A DNA stretch of 64,000 nucleotides, taken from Epiperipatus broadwayi (Eukaryota > Animalia > Onychophora). Both the position numbers and the translations under genes were made by a program. Below are positions 1-9,918 of this stretch, one piece after another (within the stretch, counting starts at the first letter, position 1; every line of letters begins with the position of its first letter). Location of the stretch: contig JAQFVV010000005.1 in the NCBI GenBank assembly GCA_028023455.1, positions 7,626,001-7,690,000 on the forward strand. The letters run 5' to 3'. The notes below the pieces were generated by a model. That model saw nothing but the letters and a program-made list of their open reading frames with translations. It made no database searches and had not been told where the DNA came from.

Positions 1-1629
1 TATAATAAAATATATGTCCACTTTTTAAATCAATTGTCTCTTCACCTTTTCTTCTAACTTCACAAAGTCCAATAATATCCCATTTAATATAAGAGAGTTC
101 TTCTTCTAATTCTTGCAATCTTCCTTCACTTGAAAGTGATCTGCAGTTGTAAGTACCTAAATAAAAAGTTGTCATCAAATGGCAGCCTGGGTCCGCAATC
201 AGGAGATTCTTAGCACCCTCCGCCTTCGGCCACCAACCGCTGCCTTGGTTGGTGACTTTACAGCCTCCTGGGAATAAGGGCCATGCTTTATTTTTGTCTG
301 TCATAATTGTATATATGTATTGGAAAAATATTTATCATTTACACAAACATTCATTCTGCCTTATCAGGCACTGAGAAGAAAGACCATGGTGTTTCTCAAT
401 CTTAAACTCAGAGGTAAAAAGCCAAAAAACTCACCACGCTGGCTAATGCGTGTTGGTGAGCAGCCCATCCATGTTCGTATACTATATGAATAAACACATA
501 GTAATAACAACTGCAACGACAAGAACGTATGGAGTGGACATTAGGAATTTGCCCTGCTTGGTTCCTTTAAGGCCTCCAAGAGGAATCAAAGGGTCTCCTT
601 TCAGTTAATAGCAAAAAAAATAATACATTTTAGATTTAATAATAAAGAATAAATATTTAATAAGTTATAATAGAAATTATTATTAATAATAGAATCAAAT
701 AAAATTTCATTTTACCAAAAATTAATTAGACCTGTCTTTAACATCATGGTATCACGTTTATGAAACATGACTATTACAAATGCATATACTTGTTTATTAC
801 TAAGATATTTTTTAATGTCTATATTCTTTTTCATTCTATTTTGTATTTTATAGATAAAATTATATATATAACAAATACATAATTAAAATTAAAAATTGAC
901 TACTAGAAGCACAAATATAGATAACTGAATTAAAATTAATTAATTAATTAATGAATTTTACAAATTATAACAAATATAATATCTAAAACTATCTAAATCA
1001 AAAACAACTTACATAAGGGCTACTTTCATTACAGAATTTTGATTTTATCATAAAAACTTTACATTGCAGTATTTTTTTCAGTATAAAATCACTCATTGCA
1101 ATAATTCTAACAATATTTAAAATAAATGGATGGTTGTTAATAAATACAATATTTAAAATAATGGATGGTTGTTAATAATTAAGTAATAGTTTCTTCTGCT
1201 AACACATGCAAGAATATATTTTTATATATTGTTATGTTGAATTATTTTTCAACTTTAAAAAAAAATCATATTTTCATAGTTTTTTTTATTTATTTAAGCA
1301 ATAGAACAAAGAAAAAAAATTAACTGCTGATAAAACAAAGAAAATTTGTAATTCATAAAAAGTATTTTTCCTTTTTTTTTATATTGCTAAAGTAAATTAT
1401 TTTATTATTCAAATTTACAGAGTATGATGCATTTAGAATATTTTGTGCAAAAGTATATATAATACATTCATTGTATCATAAAAATGCAGCATATGAAAGG
1501 TATTTAGATTTTTATTTAAAGATAGTGTGATAATTTATTGTAATGCTCTCTCTTCTAATTCCATGATAAGGCTCCATACTTTATTGAAGACAACCAAAAT
1601 TTGTGAATAGTAGTGCACTATTTGTAATT

Positions 1630-1775
1630 CACATATCAAACATCACATGATCACCATCTCTATACTAGCACATAGGGATTTTATGCACAAGCCTTCTGGC
1701 ATCCATTGATTACTCTGTTTGGCACAGGGTGGCACTACTGTATGGGGAGTTTTGCCTTTGTAATTCACATACTTG
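1630..1775. repeat. Rearranged fragment of the hammerhead-bearing repeat family (no ribozyme core in this copy)
   Basis: Shares aaacatcacatgatcaccatctc with 25480, 19808 and (as reverse complement) 62085-62105. Its second part, ggattttatgcacaagccttctggcatccattgattactctg, is the reverse complement of 19885-19940. Confidence 0.75.
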
Positions 1776-3239
1776 CATTAAGAGTTTTTTCAACTTGTAT
1801 ATATAGAATGTGTACATCTATCATACAAATGTATTAAAACCACATATCAATAAAAATAACAAAAAATAAACAATAATTTACAATTTAGTTTTGAATCAAT
1901 AATGTAGCTTTTGTTTAAAATGAAATAGAAAAGATAAGTAATTGTATTAATTAGGATAACAAAATAACCTGCTTTCTTGGTAACCATAAATTCCAACTAT
2001 AATATCAAACCTAATAAATGGTAAAATAATGATTCACCACTAGCTACAATTGTTCTATGGATCCATTTCAAAATATTATAATTGCTAAATTTTATTTTGG
2101 ATTAGCTAAAGTGTTTAAATAATAAAAATTCTATTATATTTTATCATATATATGTATGTAAGCTCATTTTGTAAATATATAATCATCTTACATCTCTTTT
2201 TAACGTAAACAAACTTATTTTATAGTGAATTAAAATAAAAGCTTTACTGATAAAATCTGATCAGCTGAAAATAATGCTCAATGGTTATACTATGAACTAA
2301 AGTTAAAATTTAGGAAAGTAATGAGACAAAACTAGATATGAAATATGAGATATAGCAAAACTATTGTATATTTGTATTGCAGCAGTAATCACCCTTTTTA
2401 AGAATGGTAATTGATTAAAATAACAAATAAATGACAATATCTGTCTAGGGGAATTATAAAAATGAAATGGGCGACTGTGTACATAATGAAGTAACTATAT
2501 AAATTTTATTTTTAATTGACTAACTTATAATAGGCATGGATAACAATCAGACTGAAAACACGTTAAATAGTCTTTATGCAGACTCAATCATGTGTCCTGA
2601 CTGTTACCCATTCCACATTAACATTATTAAATAACAAAATAAAATAATCTGCTTGAAATTTGGATGGGAAATAAATAAACAACAAAATTAAAATTGTATT
2701 TATATATTTATATCTAAGATTGTATGAAGAGCATATGAGATAGGAAAAATCATTGTTGATTTATAATTCATATAGAAAATGGTTATATTAAGTTCATTCA
2801 ATTACCTATTGATATCTCCATGAACTCACATTTTACTAGTTTGTGAATGTAGATATATGGTGATCAGAATTATTATTTTAAACCCCTGCAAGCAATATTA
2901 ATATTTTACCTCCTCATGGTTTGTTTCAATGTTAGATTAATCCCATTTACTTTTTTCTGTTATTAAGAGTATCGAAATTATGTAGATTTATAAAATAATT
3001 CATAGAAGAATATTTCCATTTTATAATTAATTAGAGGGCAAGTTTTTCTTATGACAAGTGTTATATATTTTCAGCTTCAGACAGTAATCAATAGACTAAC
3101 ATTCCTTTGCTTACAGTTTCATAATCAGCTAACTAATGGAAAGATCACGTAATACTTTCTGGATTTTTTTACCCTATAAACTGCATTATCAACTTAAGTA
3201 ATCATTATAATTTTTATTGATTTCCCTCTTAGTGCTATA

Positions 3240-3500
3240 AAAGAAGTGATGATTCCCTCCTTTTATGTAAAGTGGATGATCCAAGAGTTTCCAATTGGTT
3301 CTCATGGTAACATTTTAAAATGATTAAATGTATTTTAAAATAAAAAATGTTAATAAAATTTTAATTTTTACAATGATTAGTTTTTATTATTTAGAATTTC
3401 CTCATATTTATTGGCATACATGACTTTTCATATCTTAGAATACGTAATAAAAAAAAGGCATATAAAAGCCATGCATGTAAACTCAGTCATGGAAATTACA
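3240..3500. repeat. Dispersed duplicate of 33950-34220 (decayed coding-like segment and flank)
   Basis: aagaagtgatgattccctccttttatgtaaagtggatgatccaagagtttccaattggttc aligns to aagaagtgatgattgcctccttttgtgaaagtagatgatccaagagatttcaattggttc. The downstream aaaagccatgcatgtaaa is also shared. Confidence 0.8.
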
Positions 3501-5422
3501 TTTGCCCTCCTAAATGATGTACAAGAAGAAAAACAAATTTTCACACAGAAATAACAAATTACTTAAAAACTCTCAATATATCTGTAAATGTTTATGCTGT
3601 GTGTTTGTTCATACATGCACCTACTCATATATATATTCAAATATATAAAACCCGCTTCTCAAAAACAATCTAAACAATTTGAAAGCTAGAGATCATTAAG
3701 ACCATTAGTATAAAGTCATAAAAGTAATTAGTAATGATGAAGTATGAAAATCAAAGCATTATTAAAGAAAGAATATTATAATCTATTAGATATAAATTAA
3801 TGTTAAAAAAATCAATATGCAAACTTAGAAAAATTACTTATAAAATTTGTGTCTACAAACAACTAGTTATATGTGCTTTAAAATTCTAACTTTTAAATAC
3901 ATCTACCAAACCATTCAAAGTATATATTATCCTCTTTTACTAATACAAAGTTGAATAGAGAGAGAAACAAATATTTCCCCCACTCTCTTTCTGAGGTCTT
4001 TGAAAATTGGTCATGTAATGTTTGAACTCAATGTCCTACAGCTTCCTCTTCTATAAAAAATGTGATTATGATTTGAATTTATTTTATGCATACACTATTG
4101 CAATGTAGTTACATGGTTAAATTGAAATGTGTATGATATATATATCACTTCAATATATATGACTCACTATCTATGTTAATATTTTATTTATTTATATACT
4201 TGCCTAAAAAAGCTGCCGGTATATAGTTAAAAGCATTACAAACTGATATTCATAATAAGTTCTTTCATTCACAAATTTTAGTTATTTATAATGTGGATCT
4301 GTTTATATTATATAAATGTATGCATAATATCTAATGCTAAAATCTAAACTAATCAATATAATAAACAAAGTACATCAATTCAAAAATAAATCACTAACTA
4401 ACCAAAATTGGACTATGAATTCTACCCACAATTCCAAGTTATGTTACAATTACCTTTAACATTAACAGAATGTTTAAATAAGTAAATGTCCATAATAATA
4501 ATAATCCAATGATTTATTGCTTAAGAGTTTACTAAAAGTTTGAGCATTGGAAATATTAAAATTGGGCTCCCTGTCACTGCAATAAACAATGTGAAGCAAA
4601 TTGACCAACTTCTTATGCTCCGTGAGCTCTCGTCAGATGACGTGGTTTTTTCTTTACTGACATAAAAAGTATAAGCATGAGGTCAACAAAAATGTGGCCC
4701 TTTGATAGCTCAATAATGTGGCTTTCCAACGATGTCTACCTCAAAAAAATCGGTTGAAATTTGGATTTTTGGCAGCAGTTTTAATCAACCGAGTATTTAA
4801 TTTTTTTTTGTTTTTTAATAATTTTTGTAATTATCATGAAGTGATAAAAGACAGAAATAGTTTACTGGCTGCAAGTCAACATTTTTCACATGTTATTCAC
4901 AAACAAGGCCTACAATAGATCTTCAACGTAATGACTCATAAGCATAAAATTTTAATTTTTTTAATATTTAAATTTTTTTTATAATTTTTTGAAAAAATTC
5001 TTTTTTATTAATTTTAGTTTGTAATTAGTGTGTGTTAGTTTGTACTTATATATTTATTTATGCTCATATAGAATTCATATCTACCATAATTTTCTAAAGT
5101 TCTATTCAACTTATTTTATAAAATAATGATTTTCAAAAAGTTTAATAATTTATTATTTAGTATTTATAATTATGTTTATATAATATGTTTGTGTTTACAA
5201 GTAATGAGTTATAAACTAATAATCAAATGTATAAAAAAATTGCATATGCAGGCATATAATCAAATTCTGATTCTTGTTTATGTTTTTGTTTATTCTTGTT
5301 CATGCTTTGGAGTCACTCTGTTTTTGCTATATGTTTCATAACATTATTTTCAAGTCTATAGCTAACAAATGGACTATATGCAAATAAATTATATCTATGT
5401 GATACAATAAATATAACAAGAT

Positions 5423-5535
5423 AACATCACTTCTGTGCATAAAGAATATAAACATCACTTGTGTTCATAAAGAATATAAACATCACTGGTGTCCATAAAG
5501 AATATAAACATCACTGATGTACACAAAAAAATATA
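5423..5535. repeat. Minisatellite, 4 x 28 bp
   Basis: Units of the form aacatcactNNtgtNcataaagaatata start at 5423, 5451, 5479 and 5507; the last is degenerate. Confidence 0.9.
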
Positions 5536-6286
5536 AAACGAAGAGATGAAACTCATTTTATCAGTGATATAGACAGTAGCCTACAATTTCTAGTTTTAGA
5601 CAGACAAGAAGCCAATTGCTATGATGACTTCTTTTGTATCTTTTATTAGGATGAATCTTTTTCTTTAGAGATGCCTTTGACATTTAGAACATTTGGGGTA
5701 CAAGATAAAAATGAAGTCATATCCGATTTCTTTTGGAGATTGTGAAGCTGTGGATTATCTCAGGTAAGATATGTTATACATGTTTAGAAAGATAATTTTG
5801 TGAGGAATACAAAGAAATTATCACTGAAGATGTAATTTGAATTTTAGTTAATGTTAATTTCCAAATTATGAACAAACAATAAAATAATAATTATTTCAGA
5901 TATGAAAATTTCTTTTTTTCCTTATTTTTTATATAGATATCACTATTTATTTTATGTTTATTGGTTTACTTAGTTTTTCTAATTTCTAGCAATGTAATTG
6001 TTTTTGCTCTAACTTAATTAAAACTGAAGTTATTGTGAAAATTGTGTCTCAGGCCAGTATTTTAAAAAAATCAATATGGCGGCTTAGTCCCAAGCAGATA
6101 AAAAACTGGTCAGCCCCTGCCAAATGGTCCAAATGGTGTAGATTTAGGTTGGGATTCAAACTCTGAAACAAAAACTTAGTAGAAAAATTTATTTATTTTT
6201 ATGTTATAGAATTTTCTATGAATGTAAATATTAGGATTCCTAAAAATATGTTTTTTTAATTTAAGAGCCCTTTAAATAAATAATAT

Positions 6287-8284
6287 TGTAATGATTGAAA
6301 TGAAAGTGAAGATCGAATCTAACTGTAATCTGCACTACATGGGCGCCATCTAGGCATTTGAGCCTAGAAAAATTTATAAAGTAGGCAGATACGCGCTGTT
6401 AAGATTCCACTTTATTTAAATATTCAGATCGTTAGCCCAAGTCACTAGCTCAGTGGAACAGCAGAGATTATAAAATATAACTTTATATCTTAAATATAAA
6501 AAAATAAAAGCCACTGCCATAAATTAACACATAAAAATATTTATTTACGCACATATAAAATCATTTTAATTTGAGGAATAAGTTTAACATTTTAGATTTT
6601 TATATTAATCTTTAATTTTACATTTAAATAAATTTCAATGAGTTTAATATTTTATTTAGATGGTCGAGTATGAATAGACTACATAGATCTGCATTTGAAA
6701 AGAAAATATTCTATCCCTTATTTAACCTTAGGCCAAAAAGTTCGCAGTCAAACTGGCGTCAATCCATCTGATACATTTATGTATTCAATGTAGCATGAAA
6801 ATACGACAACGCAAAATACTGTACTGTTAGGAATGTACGTCTGAACAGTAAGTAGTTAGAGAAGACATTGTCTCTCCACCAACAGGAATGCTACATCTGT
6901 TGGCGAGTAGAACAATAAACATAAAACTCCATAGGAATGGATTGCGGTCCTTTGCCGTCTTACAAACCCATCCATAGGCAAACAGAAGAGGTGTGGTGTA
7001 TATATGCAATCCTGCCCATAGCGGATCTCATACTACATCTACTAATTACACAAATATATCCAATCCATTGAGCCAATTCAACTACGAAACGAATAACCTA
7101 AGATTACCCTCCCTTAATATAACTTTACAAAACTATATAGCCATTCACGCCTGACTTAAATTTAACATTTAAATACGTTCGCACAGATGAATTTTATATA
7201 ATTTGTTTTATAATGTCGAGTATAGATCGGCTGCACAGATTCCACGGTTAAAAACATTTCAAAATAAACACAACTGATCAAAATACAAATCATCGATAAT
7301 GTCAGTTGCATAGGGAATACACAAAACCCAATAGCATTCATCGTAAGATGTTTGCAGTGACATTGTTGACTTATATATTTTAATCGAATGTGAAAACCAC
7401 AACATTATCAACCGCTAATGAATCTATGCAACGTCTATACCCAACCTTAAATTCCCTCATTTAAAATTTAAACAATAAATATTAATACAAATAAAATTAT
7501 AAATGGAAATGATTTTTTTATCAAACGCAAACATATATAAAATTACACATTATCAATTGATTTTAAACTTAAAAGTCAGATAGAAGTTCATAAGCTTGAA
7601 CGAAAGTTCTTAATTATTTTTAAAATTTAGAGTTCATGTCAATATAGCTTACGGTAGAAGAGTCCAGGTTCCTGTTTTTTAATTCCCGCAACGTCTCCTT
7701 TGGAAAAGAATGTTCTGGAGGTGGCATTAGCTGGTTCCATTCTGGTATCACAGTCTTTTCATTTTATTTTTTTTTTTAAATAAGTGAGAGAGAACGACAA
7801 GTGCATCTTGTTGTTCGTCTCCCCAAATCAAGTTGGAAACTCACTGGAACTCAATATTTTTCTTTTTATAGTCCTCCTATGGATTCCATGAACTAAGACG
7901 TCACTGTTCCATTTTTTCGTTATGGTCCGGGCCTTTATTTGCTGCTTCTATATTGGACAAGCTAATTCTTTATTCCTTATCTAATTTTGATCTGACTTTT
8001 TAATTACACAGCTTTTGGATAATTAATAAACAATCATTTCCATCTACAAAAATATTTTATCTTTAAGTCTTGTACTTTTTTTATAAAAAAGTACGTTCAA
8101 ATACTTATTTATTTGTTTTTTAAAAAAAATATTTTTAAAGTTTTGAATCTGTGCGAATATATACATTTAACAAACATTTTAATTTTAGCGTTTAGTTTTT
8201 TTTTTTTAATAGGTTTTATTTTTATTTGCGAACTTTAATATTTTATTTTAAATTAATGTAACGACATATTTATATATCGTTACA
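6287..8284 (-). mobile_element. Solo LTR A (~2.0 kb), Gypsy/errantivirus-like
   Basis: Termini TGTAATGA (6287) and TCGTTACA (8284) form a 7/8 inverted match, flanked by a 4-bp ATAT TSD (6283-6286, 8285-8288). On the minus strand: TATAAAA 7870-7864, GTAAGC donor at 7652, AATAAA 6545-6540. Collinear conserved blocks are shared with 42376-44447. Confidence 0.8.
7856..7875 (-). promoter_or_regulatory. TATA box of LTR A
   Basis: Minus strand aggactataaaaagaaaaat is identical (20 bp) to 43962-43981 in LTR B. CCAAT and TGACGT motifs lie upstream. Confidence 0.65.
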
Positions 8285-9224
8285 ATATATTTACACTGAT
8301 ATATTCACAGTGAGTATTGTTAAAATTTAATTGATTCCAATATTTAATTATTTATACTAATTTATAATAAACTTCATGTGAAGAAAAAATGACAAGCAGA
8401 GTTAAAAATATAATAAAAAATTAATTTACAAATATATAAAATAATATAATTAACAATTAAAAAAAACAACAAAAAACTAATGAAATATAAACAGTTATCA
8501 TCTAATATTACAAAGATATCCATTAACAAAACACATATACACAAATTAATAAACATATGTATAAAACATAAACATTTCAATGTAAAATAAAGAATTAAAT
8601 TTTTATATGTCATTTTTATAACTAGATAAATCAGAGGCAAAAATTAATTGAGAAACAAAAAAAATTTTTTTGTGTGTAACTATTATGTTTATCGTCAAAG
8701 TCATAACAAAAAATTTTGATTCCTATGGAAAACTTTGACAATGTATTATCACCCCAATGCATGGTAATAGTTTGCTATTCAATAGCTATATCACTGTCTG
8801 AAACAAATATCAAGTCCAGAGGTTTTGATTATGTAAAATGAGAATTAACACTATTAATAATATTAATTTATAATCTATACAACTAAATAAAGAACTATTA
8901 ATGTCACCTACTAGATAAATTATACCAATAGACTTCATGTGTTTTTCAATTGCACGTAACAGCATAATGCATTTATACATATTTGTTTGTTTATATTTCT
9001 CAATAAAATATAATATATGCATTTACTAAAAGTTATATACCCAGTGAAAACCAATGAAATGAATAATATATATATATAATGAAATGAATAATATATATAA
9101 TGTAATATTTCATAAAAATGTTTTTATTTAATTTGAGAAGAAATGTACTAATACCACCAAAATACTTTTTTTGTGAACAATTTAAATTCTCAAGATTAAT
9201 TTAAATGCAATGAATATGAGTTGG

Positions 9225-9335
9225 CTCTTTGTGTATAAGAGAGGAATTAAGAAAATTGATCCTGTGTGTCAACTCTGTCTGAGGCAGAAAGAAACTTTTG
9301 ACCACATAATTCATTCTTGTTTAGGCCTATTAACT
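9225..9335 (+). mobile_element. L1-like LINE 3' fragment (RT-associated CCHC zinc knuckle)
   Basis: Translates YKRGIKKIDPVCQLCLRQKETFDHIIHSC, similar to YERGFKNVDPICQLCTKMEETMEHIIFQC at 20996-21337. Confidence 0.7.
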
Positions 9336-9918
9336 ACAGAAGTTTGATATTTATATCCTGGTTTTACTAATTTATTATAATTAACAATGTTGATTTCTCA
9401 AGATCTCTTGTTAATAATGTCAGTTTCCAAATACACTCAAGAGAATATTTATAAAATTGAAAATGTATTCATGTTAATCATTCAAAATTCATTCCTAGAG
9501 CTGTGTGTTATTTTTGCTGAATTATTCCTAAAAACGTTTGCTATTTTAGTGGAATGATTTTGTTAAAAACTTTTGTCTGAATTTAATTAATTATAATCTA
9601 CATTTTTTTATTTTAAATATTTTAATAAAATTACTTTTTGACAATTTACATTTTTAAAATTTCTTCACTATTATGGGAAAAAGCTGCATTATACAATTAT
9701 GATCTTACGTTTATATTTATCTGCATAAGAAAACTATGATAGAAAAGTGTTTTGTGTAATATTTTCCACTCACTCATTAAATATTTGTTAGTAATAAAAT
9801 TATTTATCATTCTATTGATGTATATACCTGAGGAAAATTTAGTTTTATGTTTTGTCCTTCTTCTACAGAAAAATATTTAAGTTGTATTTATTTTTTTTAG
9901 AATGGTTACTTTTATTAT

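Noticed and set aside
4600-4645. Hammerhead at the minus-strand CTGACGA
   Set aside because: No properly placed GAAA, stem III or stem I partner.
4718-5341. Short Ile/Phe/Tyr-rich ORFs in AT-rich spacers (also 8374-9022, 35886-36125, 41608-41793, 58072-58269, 59350-59556, 61451-61663)
   Set aside because: Their composition is expected by chance at this AT content, and they have no motifs or paralogs.
5423-5535. CRISPR-like array
   Set aside because: The units abut with only a few variable bases and no unique spacers, there are no cas genes, and the context is eukaryotic. It is a minisatellite.
6341-6470. Sm-class snRNA, SL RNA or telomerase RNA (minus-strand AAUUUUUC plus terminal hairpin)
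   Set aside because: No invariant U1/U2/U4/U5/U11/U12 sequence, SL donor or telomere template is present, and the block lies inside a TSD-bounded LTR.
6827-7009. Small ORFs within LTRs A, B and C (6827-7009, 42688-42873, 43619-43929, 59707-60164) as proteins
   Set aside because: Homologous segments of A and B differ by frame-breaking indels and no motif is recognisable.
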